64,000 nt of DNA from NCBI GenBank assembly GCA_965235115.1, contig OZ249441.1, positions 24,986,001 through 25,050,000 on the forward strand, given 5' to 3'. Position numbers and translations under genes: made by a program. Under the pieces are notes generated by a model. It had not been told where the DNA came from. It saw only the letters and a program-made list of their open reading frames with translations, and ran no database searches. The DNA is from Laetmonice hystrix. Taxonomy: Eukaryota. Positions 1-13,100 of the stretch are shown piece by piece. The number at the start of each line of letters is the position of its first letter. Position 1 is the stretch's first letter.

Positions 1-23
1 AGCGATTTGGGTCATGGTACTGC

Positions 24-258
24 AGGGATGTGCCCATGCCGGCGGGCCCGCCAAGCACTGCCCGGCAGGATTTTTTATTAGGCCTATAATCTGATAAATG
101 TGTCTACATATTAACTTCTCATACCATCTCTTGTTCATTCATACCAAGGCGCTAACCAAACGGCCCACACCCACACCCCTTGCCAACTGAAGACCTTGCG
201 CCTTTGATGCTAGCGCAAAATTACCGCCCGGTACTTAATATTTTCTGGGCACATCCCT
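24..258. mobile_element. hAT-like MITE
   Basis: Perfect 13-bp TIR AGGGATGTGCCCA (24-36) / TGGGCACATCCCT (246-258); near-duplicated flanks (GTACTG); no ORF. Superfamily is tentative. Confidence 0.55.
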
Positions 259-638
259 AGTACTGGGTTGCTGAATTACTGTAAGGACAGAAGGTCGAAG
301 GTCGTCTCCATAGACCTTTCTTACATCTGTGAATACCAAAATAACTGGGTCATGGTAAGGAATCTTGGGCACTGTGCTGGGTTATTGGGCTATGATAAAG
401 ATTGGTCATCCCCCAGGATCTTGTAAGTAGTGTAAGTGGTCATATTTCAAGGTCTGGCTTTTCAGTGGAGCTTGAGTCCAAATTTATGCCGCAAGCTCAC
501 GAGCCATAAACTTGAGACTGGTGAGCTTGAGCAGTAAATTTCAACTGAAGTCTTCTGAAAAAGAATTAGGATAGGTCTTTTACATTTGAGTATGGGGTCA
601 TTATTTCAATTAAGTGTCATTTCTTTGGCTATTTGCAG

Positions 639-898
639 CTTCTTCTGTTTTGCGAAGGCACCAGATTTACTGAAGCAAAACTAAAGCTGAGCAACAAGGT
701 TGCACGGGAAAAGGGGCTACCCGAGCTGAAGCATCATCTGCTGCCACGTACCAAGGGCTTTGTGCTGTCAATGGCAGGTGTGAAGGGTAAGATCCCGTCA
801 ATCATTGATATCACCCTCGGATTCAGGAAGGACTCAGGCCACCCAACCCTCATGAACGTCATCCAAGGCAAACCTGTCCGGGCAGAACTGTATGTCAG
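639..898 (+). CDS. AGPAT3/AGPAT4: AGPAT3/4 exon (FCEGTRF motif)
   Basis: Acceptor ttgcag|, donor AG|gtgagg; phase 0 to 2. Confidence 0.92.
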
Positions 899-3055
899 GT
901 GAGGCAAATCATCGTCAAGGAACTAGCAAAGGCTAGACATAGTACATTTTAACTTGAATTTTAAAACTATAATTTAGCAAATCAAGGGCTTTGATCTGAG
1001 TGAATGTCGAGTGAATGCTGAGGGCTTTGATCTGAGTGAATGTTAAGTGAACACTGAGGGCTTTGGTCTGAGTAAATGGTGAGTGAATGCTGAGGGCTTT
1101 GGTCTGAGTGAATGTTGAGTGAACACTGAGGGCTTTGGTCTGAGTAAATGGTGAGTGAATGCTGAGGGCTTTGGTCTGAGTAAATGTTGAGTGAATGCTG
1201 AGGACTTTGATCTGAGTGAATGTTGAGTGAACGCTGAGGGCTTTGGTCTGAGTAAATGTTGGGTGAATGCTGAGGACTTTGATCTGAGTGAATGTTAAGT
1301 GAACACTGAGGGCTTTGGTCTGAGTAAATGGTGAGTGAATGCTGAGGGCTTTGGTCTGAGTAAATGTTGAGTGAACACTGAGGGCTTTGATCTGAGTGAA
1401 TGACGAGTGGACGCTGAGGGCTTTGGTCTGAGTAAATGTTGAGTGAATGCTGAGGACTTTGATCTGAGTGAATGACGAGTGGATGCTGAGGGCTTTGAGC
1501 TGAGTGAATGTTGAGTGAACACTGAGTGAATGTCTGAGTGAATGTTGAGGGCTTTGATGAGGATGACCAGTGGAATGCAGTCCTAATTCAAACTAGATCA
1601 CAGATGAATGTATTGATAGCATTTTGCTCATCTACCCTCTGCAGGAGAATACCACTGGACGTGATCCCAGATGATGATGAAAAATGTGCCCAGTGGCTAC
1701 ACAAACTCTATCAAGAAAAGGTAAGAAGTCAGAGTTGTTAAGTTCTAGGTGTAATTGATAGTCAGACTCACATGCATGCATACCTTTTTAAATCGTACTT
1801 GTTCATCCTGAGGTAATTGAATCTTTGGGCAGTTCATTCCCCCTGAAGGTCAACCTAATACAGTTGGCATTGCCTCCTTTTAGTATACCTGGGGACCGTT
1901 TCACTAAACACTTGTATTTTACGAGCTCGTATTTTCTATAGATCATAATAGTAAAATGTACGAGTTTTTTCTTGTTTACGAGCTTTAAGGCCATATACGA
2001 GCTCGTACAGTCTTAGTGAAATGAGCCCCTGACTTGCACAAGTATTTGCTTCATATTCTTTTAATTTTGCCAATTTGATACGGAGGTAAAGTTTGAACAA
2101 GTTGCAAAATAGACATTCTAAAAATATACTTAGTCCATATCTAGTCAATGACACCACCTAATGTTGACATTTCTGTGCTGGGAAGAGTGAGTGAGTAGTT
2201 GGTGTTTGGTGGTTGGAGCTTAAAATCCAATGCATAACTCGATCTGATATTATTTTGATTATTGCATACACGCTCGCTAATACTATGAATTCAATCCTAT
2301 AAAAACATCTGCAGCATGTTTGGTAGCAGTCAGGTTGTCATTTCATAGGTAGGCGTATTATTATTCTGGTACGTATTGTACCTTCGCTATAATGTTCTAA
2401 CCTTTTGTCTATTCTGTTTTCAGGATGAGATTTACGACCATTTTGTCAATAATGGTCGGTTTGTCATGGGAACTAAAGTGGAGGTTCCTTGGCGTTATAG
2501 AGATCTAATATGCTGGCTTGGCTGGGCTATTCTTCTCCTTGTACCGCTCTTCAGATACCTCATCAACGTCTTCATATCAGGTTCTCTCACCCTGCAACTA
2601 GTCACCATAGCTATTGTATTCATCTGTAAGTCACACCTTTATACAGTAGCATATTTATATATCTGCTAGACGTTATCTTATACAGCTTTAGCTCAGGTTA
2701 CCCTGAGTTATGAGAATAGATTTAAATGTGTAATGAAAGTCCACGTTTTTAGAACATGCTGGCCAACGTTATCTGTAACTGCCATATTGCGCTCTGTGAA
2801 TACAGTATCTTATAAAAGATTCATTGTCTGATCTATATAGAGTTCATAATCTGAAGTCCTCTTCATTGCTTTAATCTAAAAGCTGCAGGCAAGTATGATA
2901 TTTCGTCACCTTGATGTTTGAAGTTTTATGCTTGCCTTTCAGTGACAGTAATTGTAAAACTTATGATTGGCGTGACACATATCGAAAAGGGCTCAGCATA
3001 TGGGGGAACACCAGAACACAGACTGCACCAAAATGGCGACAAGAAGGAGAACTGA
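639..3055 (+). CDS. AGPAT3/AGPAT4: 1-acyl-sn-glycerol-3-phosphate acyltransferase gamma/delta-like (3' part; upstream exons lie outside the window)
   Basis: Exons 639-898, 1645-1720, 2424-2625 and 2943-3055, all GT-AG and phase-compatible. They splice to LLLFCEGTRF...HHLLPRTKGF...LYVRRIPLDVIPDDDEKCAQWLHKLYQEKDEIY...LMIGVTHIEKGSAYG...DKKEN*. Contains the acyltransferase EGTR motif, an AGPAT3/4-type C-terminus and a KKxx ER-retrieval end. Confidence 0.93.
985..1560 (+). repeat. 36-bp minisatellite, about 16 copies, in an AGPAT intron
   Basis: Unit (g)agggctttg[a/g]tctgagt[g/a]aatg[t/g]tgagtgaa[c/t][a/g]ct; unit starts at 985, 1021 and 1057 give a period of 36. Confidence 0.95.
1645..1720 (+). 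CDS. AGPAT3/AGPAT4: AGPAT3/4 exon (RIPLDVIP...LYQEK)
   Basis: Acceptor ctgcag|, donor AAG|gtaaga; phase 2 to 0. Confidence 0.92.
1889..2031. mobile_element. PIF/Harbinger-like MITE (family copy 1)
   Basis: TIRs GGGACCGTTTCACTAA / TTAGTGAAATGAGCCC, flanked by a 3-bp CTG duplication (included in the coordinates). Reverse-complement homologue at 23537-23670. Confidence 0.75.
2424..2625 (+). CDS. AGPAT3/AGPAT4: AGPAT3/4 exon (C-terminal hydrophobic helices)
   Basis: Acceptor ttttcag|, donor T|gtaagt; phase 0 to 1. Confidence 0.9.
2943..3055 (+). CDS. AGPAT3/AGPAT4: AGPAT3/4 last coding exon
   Basis: Acceptor ctttcag|; encodes MIGVTHIEKGSAYG...KKEN, with TGA at 3053-3055. Confidence 0.9.
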
Positions 3056-5947
3056 AGAAAGCTGTCACTGTGACCCGCCTATGTGCCCATCTACTGCAGC
3101 ACAGCCATGGTGATGTCGGGGTTTGAACGCAGAGCTACTCTCAGCTCTCCGACTACCAATCACTGTCATGTCAGGGCAGTTGTCAGAGACAACATCAAAT
3201 ATATTTTTAGCCCTGATACTTTTTATAGCTATGAAACATGTAATATGAGAACTGCAAAATATACATTGCCAGTGAAATTCTCATGGTGAAGCACAAAGAC
3301 TACCGTTAGCCTTAGATGGAGCAGAACCATACAATGATGGAACTTTACTGCAGAATATTATCATACAAAATATTTTAGTTCATTGGGACTTCTTTAATTG
3401 GGGAAGCTCTTCCACAGTGGGATTTATACACCAGGTGCCTAGAAAGTTGGTCATTATGTAATAAAATCTAGCTGTAAAATATAAAATTCCTTTTTTTATG
3501 GGAAGAGAGCAGCTGAGAACAGAAAATTCTGGACTGTACTTTGGTGTTAGTGCCCAAAGAAAACAAATACAACGGGTAGCCCAAATATTTCGCACAGAAT
3601 AGAGCAATGCTGGAAATGGTGGCCACTAAGGCCGATAACTGGGGCAGCCTTCTATAGTACACTAATCGAAGGTCTGCTTCTCATACAAATTATTCTTCCA
3701 TTGTAATGACACCACCCATGCTGCATGGTCCACTGAAGTCACCAAAACTTCTGCTGCAAATTAAAATGACTAGGGAAGTATTTTCAAAATGTATTTTTGC
3801 TTGTGACAAATATTGCATTTTAAACAGTGGAGTGAACGTTTACTTTGATATAATGAAACAGTATTTTTCCTGTTTTCCTCAATATTCTGTAGAAACTGAA
3901 ATGTTTCATAACTTATGTGTCAAACTCATAACTTTGACATTGATTGCTCAGTAGCCAGAAATGTGTCTCATAGAGTGGAGATGGCAAGGATTAAGAATGG
4001 GCCGCCTCTGATGGGTTGTAAAAGGTACCCTAGGATTCCTGGTGACATGCCGAGCTGCCTGAGTCATGTTCCAAATCCAGTCCCAACAAACACACCGATG
4101 CTCTTCGCGTTTTGGTGACCAGATCTTTGATGAGAAGATATATTCTTATATTTAAGACTCATTGTCATCTCTACGGTCTGTGATTCCGAATCATATCATG
4201 TTGGACAGTTGCTGATGGTTTATTGTTTTTATAAATGGTTCTTTAAACGAGTACCGCCAATGAATACAAGTACTTTCGTGTGTGGTATACAACAAAAGTA
4301 TACTTGATGAAATCCTTAGGTTAACGTTCCAAAGATGATGATGTGATTGTCATATAAAACTGTAAATGTGATAATTGGCAAATGGAGAGTGTAGTACTAT
4401 TGATGTTACAGGGAGTATTTTAACAAAGAAGATCTATTGCTACAATGGAAGAGTTCTTACACTCAAACAATTATGTTATGTATAATGCTTTTCTTCATAT
4501 TATGTATACCGTAATGCTTTTCTTCATATCTGCTGTTTTATTTTGTTTTGTTTTTTTTTCTTCTTCTTGGCAAGGACATATCTATTTTTCTACTTCCGAA
4601 TGTTGCTACTGACTGGAACTGCTGCTTACCAAAAATTGTTCTTACCAAGAATTATTATTAGTTGTGTACGGAAAGGTCTTGTTATGAAAACAACCCTTTT
4701 TATAGCACCATCCTTTCCACCATTCAGAGCATGAAATCCCATAACTTTCAGCACATTTTAATGTGGATCCTCCTTACTTGACCCACACCTTGAATTAGAT
4801 AAAAAAAAAAAGAAGATCACGGTATTTTCCTGTGGAACTGGCTTGAATGAATAACCCAAGGTACCGGTAATCATACATTCCCCAGGTCGACCGTATAGTT
4901 TTGTCCCAATATGAAGTTGGTCAACCCTGGCCATTGCATATTGTAAGTTTTGTATGTACACATTACTCATTTGGGAAAATTCAGTATTTGATATCTATTT
5001 TACATACAAGTAAATATTGAAAAGGCATCCACTTTCAAGGATCTATTCAGGAATGAATTGTAAATCGCCATTCCATTTTACCAAACCACTTGACCAATAC
5101 CTGTTCCTACTCCATGGTTGTGTCTAAGTGCCTGAACAATTATTGGCTGTGCAGTTTTTACCTTGATCAGCATAGTTCCTTTAGCAAACCTAGTGGTAAT
5201 ATTACTGTATTCTCAGACACAAAGATAGATCCCATGCGAAACATAAAAGTGGGAGTCAGTTATTGCAGTTATACTATGCAGTTATTGACGTGATGTATGC
5301 AGGAGCTGCCACAGTCTGGCAGAAGTATGTGTTATTGTATAAAGGTTTTATTGGCTATGGGCCAGTAAAAGTAAAATTTTGCAAGTAAACGATGAGTTTG
5401 AAGTAAAGGATGTTTCACTCACTGACAGTGAATAATGCGGGCTTTACTTTTGGTTTACGAGGCACTGCAGGAGGCAGTGTGTTTCAGTTTGGTAAATTAG
5501 GAACTTTTCTTTGATTACAAATTCCACGCTAAGAACGTTGTCAAATGACAACTATTGTGTTTAGATGAATTTTGAGCAGGATGAACAAAATAATATTTTT
5601 TCAAGCTTGATCATATGAATTTCCCTTTTTCTAGCTTGATCATATGAATTTCCCTTTTTTTCTGTTTCATATCCTGGTAGACGTATTGTTTCTGACCATG
5701 GATTCTGTGTTTCTGCTGAAGATTTTTGGATCTCGGCATTTCAGAATGTGTATGCATGGTCTACACGTTTCGTGTAGCCATGGTTCTGTTAAATATACTA
5801 ATTATTTGAAGACTGCAGTGTGTTAAAATATTGTTAATCGTTTTTATCGCCAGATCTTTTGTTTTGTGATGCTTCTACATTCGCGAATAGTGAGAGGCAT
5901 ACGTTTGTACATCCAACACGGGATACAGCGTTAATGTAGATCTGTTA

Positions 5948-6336
5948 CTAGATATTTGCTTTCCGAATATTTAGGCGCATCCCTAAAACGCCTGTCGTTA
6001 TTATAGCCTCATGATTTTCCTGCATGATGAATATTGGCCGGACAAGCAGAGCCTGTCCCTGCATAGAGTGGACTACCTCGGCCCACGTGAGTCTGGATCC
6101 AATGAAAATGTTGGTCACAATCCAGTCTTTCAGTCCCATTACTGAACGGTAACTGGAGCATAGGATACAGAACACCACGGGCTTTCTGGGATTGTGTCGC
6201 CAGGTTTGATGGCTAGAATGGGATCAGTTCGAAGAATGTTTGAAGTGATTTCAATGTTTGTGTTAGTGTGATCGTTATGGTTCTGATGAGAGTAAGAGAC
6301 ATCAGGTGACGCTATAATTTTGATAATGTGCTGCAT
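5948..6336 (-). pseudogene. possible decayed Penelope-like retroelement fragment
   Basis: Frameshifted translation NILRTDPILA..IPESP / SYRSVMGLKDWIVTN resembles the RT-to-GIY-YIG linker of Penelope elements. Recognition by eye only. Confidence 0.3.
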
Positions 6337-9300
6337 TTATAATGAAACATCTTCAGACGTGTATACGAGAGAAATATATTTTCATGTGGGCGAGTAGAAG
6401 GTGTAATGGTTTAGAGGAGAAGCACACAATGGGGATATCTGTTTGAGAGCCCAGTGAGCACAATATATCTGGTATAACTGGTCATGTTGTATGATAACAG
6501 GTCCGTACGCCGACTGGTTGCACAGGCGGGCGGTGCACGTAAGGTCACACTGTTACACGGTAGTAGGACTAGTACAGCTGGGGCCCTTCTTACAAACGTA
6601 GATCACAACAGGGGTGTGTGAATGGGAGGGATTTCTTAGACAAACTTCTTATTCTTGTAATTAAAGCACTCCTGCAGAGACCGAATCTACTTCTGATAAG
6701 TCCTGTGCGACTTCCTGATCATAGATTTGTCTGAATTCGTATTAATACATTATGCAAGTTTGAAAGGTATTGATAAAAAAAATTCTATGAATTCATGAAA
6801 CTGTCTTCCGCCGTTGATGTGCCAGGAAGGAGGCGTGGTCTGGAGTTGTGTAGGGCTGAACGCTATCGTATCTGAAAGTGGGGGTGGGGGGGGGGGGACT
6901 GTGCGCCCTTTAGATGTCCAGTGATAGGGTAATTATGTCAGATTTGGCATGAACCCTAACACTGGGTTCGTGTACAAATGGGTCAAGAATACATTGGAAG
7001 TATCGGGTTGCCTGTCAGGCTATTGAAGTTCTAGTGACGTTACATTGTGTTTGAGGTGGTCAGCTGATCAATGGGTTGGCTGACAGTGACGATACCAGGG
7101 ATTCACCAGTTGTACGGTGAAAAGGCTGACTTGGTTATTCCCGGCCGGTTGAGGTGACAGAAAGCAACACAGGACAAGGATCACATAATTATTGTAGTGA
7201 AGTTTGGCCTTATTGGTTGGTAAATAACACATTCCAGCCCAGTACACCTGCTATGTTAATGAAAGAACCGGTGAAAACTATAAAAAGTAACTATGTAATA
7301 CCGTGGTTCTTTGACTTCCATATGTTAACGTACATGATGTGACCAGCCAGTCATTAGAAAAGGTCAAAGATTGGTACAGTGGTGTGGACACTCGTGCACA
7401 TACCCCGTACTTATACTATGATTGTGTGATGAGTGGGGATGTTTCTTAGCTTATCTCAATATTCTTGGCTGTGAAAATCCAGCTCGAATTAAATCTGATA
7501 ATGTGTATAGAATACTTAATTCTGTAATGCGGGCGCGTCACTTCAGAAGCAGCGCATGAGTGCATTTTTCTTTCCCTCACCTGGCATTAATGCGTGAAAT
7601 TGGCTGCCACCTAGTGGTAAGGCTTGAAACTAACCATTGTAATGGAAATCATGTAGCCTATGTTTTATTTTTAAACGTCCTTGTTTAATATGGGCTAATT
7701 TTAAATGGTAATTCTTGTGAGACTTGCCATTTTAACCAGCTGTCATCCACCCAAAAAATGGACTTTAAAAAAAAAGCTGCACCAACGCCACACCACTTTT
7801 GAAATGTTCTTCATACCATAAACAGGGATTTCTTTTTAAATTTTTGCCTTATGGATACAATACATCTAGATGTGTGAAGGTACTTGCAGAAAGATAAAGT
7901 CTTAGAATTTATCACATTCTCTCAAATTCCTGTGGTCTGTCGTCCAGCCCTGGAGTGAATACCATAACACTGCCCCATATCCAATGGAAAATATTTTCAT
8001 TCTTTCGTGCCTTGTTTGAAGGAGGAGTCAGTCCCAATGGGAACAGCTATTCTCCGTTGTACTTCACCCGAGGATAGAGGAAGGGTCAGATGCCGGGTCA
8101 GGTGTGGCTGATGGGGGGTACAGGGCACGGCCAGTTACCCCTGGATTCACACGGGGCCAGTCTCAGGTACTCGGTGCATTCCTGGTTCACTGATAAGGTT
8201 TAGTAAATAGTGCTTGTACACTGAGGAAGGTCAATTCGTGCCACCCCACCCCGGGCTCCAACTCCACATACACACACAAAATGGATTCGGTCCGGTTGCA
8301 CAGAACAAGGTAGAAACTGTCACAATTAAGGTATATACTATAATGTATTGTTGACTTCAGAAATCAGTCAGAAGTCTATGTACCCTGCACATAGCTTAGT
8401 GTAGATTCTCAAAATGGTAACAAACAATTAATTTTCACAAATAAAAACTTCTCCGTTTATCATGTGAGCTAGAGGCAGAGTCATGAGGTATGATGTTTAT
8501 AGGTACTTTGGCAAGGAATCAAAGCCAAAGGATGTACCCCAAGTGTATGACAGACCTAATTGAGATCAGGGTGACTGATTGGAATATATGTTGCAAATTA
8601 TTTTAATAAACCACGATTTGACAACGAAGATTCTGTTGATTTATATGTCTCTGATATCGATTAGTTAAATGAATCATTACAGCTGTTATCATTTTTATTA
8701 GGTGCTAGTCTGTTGAAAAAGAGAATAAGTGGTACGTCCACGTTTTTTTTTGCTCATTCTCCACCATTCAGTGCCGCAGTGACCATGCCGATCACCCCCC
8801 CCCCCCCCGGCCTCGACCATCGGAGGGTAGCTTCTCGGACTATGTTGATTGGGCTAAGCCTAGCCCGTAATTATATTATAATAGGGCTACATTTTCTTGG
8901 CCATTTAATTGGCCAATGGGGCTTGCCTTTAGTCCGGCTGCTAGGGTTTAGTTTGCTTAAATAAGCGCCAAGCCCGATCTCCACACTCTTGGACTCCTTG
9001 TGCCAAGTTCTGGCTTATTCATGAGATGGATTTACCGGTGAGAGCAGTGCAAACAGTACCACGCCCGGTTGGACCAATGTGTGCCAATGTGGCAATGGCA
9101 ATGCCATATGGAGCCACTGCATCATGTCGACCACACTCAGCTTGGATAGCGCGACCAGCGCCAGGCAGCCGATCGGTGATTAATTTATGGTGCCGACTGA
9201 CACAACCTCACAAGCACTCAACAGTGAAGTGGCTTTATACTTATTATAGATCTATCCAACACAGAAAGCCATGTACGTAGCAGTCTAGGACTATACCCTA

Positions 9301-9980
9301 CAGGCTGCGTCCGATTGAGGATTTTCTCAGGACTACGTGCTTCAAACCCAACCCTGGAGTTCGCTCTGCCCGGTGATGCGGCTGGATCTGCCCCATCGCC
9401 CCGGGGCCCGCCAAGTGATGGGCCGACGCTGATTATACTCCGGCGCCGGCTGGTCCAACCCAACCAGTGCCAGTGGCCCGCCTGCAGCGCAGGCCTGTGC
9501 GGCTTGGATCCACGTCTGCAGATGGTAAAACAGACAGGCGGGATCCACGATATACCGAAAACGGAGGCGCTAATGGCCAGACACACTCCATGGTTGATTA
9601 TTCAATTTATTGGGAGTAAGGCTTACTGCCAACAGTTGGCCAAGATCCCGAGTGGGCGCGGGCGGAGGGGTCATTCTATGTTGTCAAGTATAACGAGGTC
9701 ATGTTTGCACCTAGAGGTCGACGTATCTCATAATAGAGGGGGTTAACATACCGGACTTGAGTCTTTCCTGCATGTCTCGGGCTAACTTTCGACTAAAGGT
9801 ATTTGAGTGGAGGTTTGCCTATACGTAATTTAGTCCAACCATAATTTTATGCGAATATTTTCCATTGATTTTACATAGATAAAGCCTTTAAATTGTTCTT
9901 GTCCCTTGATTCTAACTGGCCCCACCCATCTGTCCTCGATGTGAATAGACTCGTCCGTTGACCTATGACCGTGGATTTCT

Positions 9981-9990
9981 AAGATGGCGG
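9981..9990 (+). promoter_or_regulatory. YY1-type motif overlapping the MPP8 start codon
   Basis: AAGATGGCGG matches the YY1 consensus core; the ATG is at 9984. Confidence 0.35.
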
Positions 9991-10133
9991 ATGGCGAGAC
10001 GAGCGTAGAAATGGAGAAAGAAGAAAAGGCAATGCATGAGACAGACAGGATGGGAGCAGAAGGATCAGATAGCGAGGAGGAGGAAGAGGATATCTACGAG
10101 GTCGAACAGATAGTCGACATGACCAAATCTAAG
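9984..10133 (+). CDS. MPHOSPH8: MPP8 exon 1 (acidic leader, chromodomain start)
   Basis: MADGETS...[15 protein letters not shown], 150 nt, donor AAG|gtgagt. Absent from the ORF track (too short). Confidence 0.88.
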
Positions 10134-13100
10134 GTGAGTTATTAACAGTGTGTTGAAATGAGTAGAACCCAAATCAGTGCCGTCGCCGTGCTCCCAGTCA
10201 GCCATATTTCACAAAAGCGTACACCACGACACAGTAGTCGGTAGCCTACGGAACCGATAGCGGGGGAGACCGTCGGTGAGTGGGAGTCGCCGTCAGTCGA
10301 CTCCGCACGGGAGTCGCCCACACAATTCAATTATAATGAAGGAGAAAAAAGGAGGAATGTCCTTGAAATTCGGCCTTGTGCGGAGTACGTTCATCACCGT
10401 GAAGCCAAGGTGGTAGATAAGATAGGGGTGAATTTGTGATGACAAGCGCAGAGCTCCAGTGGCCGCGGAGATAGCCAGTTTTCGCAGCTGTGTGTGGGAG
10501 AGCCGACTGTTGCTGTGCCCCGACCCTAAACTACTCGGGTGACCTGACCAAAGACAACCATGGCCAGGATATACATTCTAGGTCAGAGCATAGGACGAGG
10601 CTCAAACCCACAGTACGACTGCACGCGATAGGAAACACAAAGAATCTGAAAACGCAAGGATCTAAACATAGCATAGCCACAGTAAAAAAGGTCGTGGGTG
10701 GATAATAATTTATTATGATGCCAGAGAGGGGAGTTCTACCTCGGCAGTGTGTCCATTCATTGCTGGTGGCTGTGGATGGATGCTGTCAGGTCATGTACAG
10801 GAGGAAGCAGTCGAACCTCCAGTGTGCCCAATCTGATAACTGACAACAGGCCCAGTGTCCATCAACCTGGTGCATGACTGCCGGGTGGGGTACCCCGGGT
10901 GGCTGTGGTATAAGTGCCATGCATGGAAACCCAAAAGGGGAGTGACATGAACCGGGCTGGATCTCCTGCCTAAAGGCTGGTCAAGGAGGGGAAAATACAT
11001 TTTTATATGTACTGGTAATACTCAGCATCTGACATAGCCATCTTTACATTATACAAGTGAACCGACTCAGATTTCTACTGTAACATGATACTGTCCCCAG
11101 TTACTGCAGCACTTGATCTGCAACAGGTGTCAGATGCCAGAATTTGTACTTTCCACCACATTGTAAGGAGGGGAAGCTGTTGGTGCCCCCTCCCTAAACT
11201 CCCTGGTGATTTAGTAATAAGACTAGAAAAGCAGGACTCCCAAGTTGAAAAATTCAGGAGGCCGCCAAAAAATGTGGGAGTCCACTAGCCTAGAGGGATT
11301 ACAACACGACCGGATGTAAAAAAAAACCTGACCAATTACAGAGTATTATGCCATAGTAGTTTGGCATAAACACTGGAAGTAATCAAGCCACCGCATGGGG
11401 GGGTGTCCTGAGTGAAACATATCATTATCAGCCTTGTGACCCCTGCTGAGTAGCAGATATTCAGTCGGCACCTGATCCTGGGTTAGACACTGCATCAGAT
11501 CAGTCTATGTGTAAATATCTGGGAGACTGCCAGACTCATGGTCAGGTGGCTACCAGGAGTCTGTCACAATTTTTGGGAGTCACTCCCGTCGAAATCAACC
11601 CTGGGCAAGATCTAACAAGGGACAATTATTGCTTGATGCTATGACATAGCAAAATCAACATTTAAAGAAGACTCAATGGATTCAACCTTCAATAAGTGGA
11701 CGTCCATTCACAGAATATTGATAACATCCTGTGTAAAAATGTAAGACTGGATGAATTGTACTTCTAGTTATCAAAAAACTCAATATTGACATTTTTATCC
11801 TGACTGAATTAGAGTTATCTTTTCAACCCTATCTTTTAAAAAAGTGCATTTTTAAAGAATCAGCATATAATTTCCAGATACAGTACAGTATACACTTAGT
11901 AAAAGGCCAAGTCTTGAGTACTGCACATCTTTTCTAGACATGAAATTGATAGATGAGCTTGGCTGCTCGTAGTTCTTGCACCCCTGGTACTCAATATTGC
12001 CACTTAATCTGCTCAGGAAAGAATGAAGAACTGCGAGCAATAACTAGTGCCCAGTTGTGTGTACTTGGGATGGACAATTGGTGTTGATTTACAGGAGAGG
12101 CAGAATGGCTGGCTCTACCCTTGAGGCTCCCATCAAAATACAGCACTTGGCATGTTTTGTTTGAACTTCAGTTGAAGGGTCCACCAGATGGCAGCATGGC
12201 CAGAACACATAAAGTACTCACTATGAGGTGTTGTTTACAGTGATAATGGCATACAGGCATTGAAATTAGCAGGATTTTTTGGGGTTATCTTTTAAAAAAT
12301 CCCCAGATGTAGATGAAAGTGACAGTCTCACTGATGTCTAGAATCGTTAAACACTTGTATCTCAGACATGAAGATCTTTCACCAAATGGGGAGTCTCTGA
12401 CCTTTACACAGGTATAAGCCATAATGTATGTGACGATTTAAACGTATTTGCTTTGCCATGTCTGTAGTCGAACTAGTTCTTTTACCACTAATTCCGGGCT
12501 CCCAGATTTCAAATTCGGGGAGCCCGGCTGGCTCCCAGATTTTTTGGCCTAATTTCTAACCCTGGCATTTTTTAGCTCGGTAAATTTACATTTTTTAAGG
12601 ATCAAAGGAAACTGGATGGGAAAAACATAGCACATGGTTAGGAATGGTTTCATTCATATTTTAGTTTAACTGTTCTCAATATTAAGTTTTTCATTGGTGG
12701 AGCTGTGGATGAATTGTTATAATCAGCGAAAAACATTGTATTGAATTGAGTATTGAGAATTTTACTTGGATCACCAACAGACCAGGGGTGAGTTCCTGAA
12801 CCCCTTGTCGTGCGTTAACTGCTGGCTTGTCGTAAAGTTAGAAATTAACGACAATGTCTACGATACCCGTTCCTCATCCCTTGTCGTGCGTTGGCTTGTC
12901 GTGCGCTTGCATATCATTGTTGCTAACGTCACAAATCTCTCAGCGGAGATCATTGTTCAATACAACGTCGCGGCACCGTGAGCGTAAACCGGATGGAGCT
13001 GTTGTTTACGTTTACTGCTTATACGCAAACGCTGAATTTTTTGACAAGTATATAATAAATACTCCTAATCGCGTTTGAAACACATCATGTGGGGACCTAA

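Noticed and set aside
985-1560. 36-bp repeats as a CRISPR array
   Set aside because: Units are head-to-tail with no unique spacers, lie in a spliceosomal intron, and there are no cas genes.
9040-9780. GC-rich stretch with several 70-140-aa ORFs upstream of MPP8
   Set aside because: No recognisable motif, splice structure or repeat termini; overlapping ORFs are expected from GC content.
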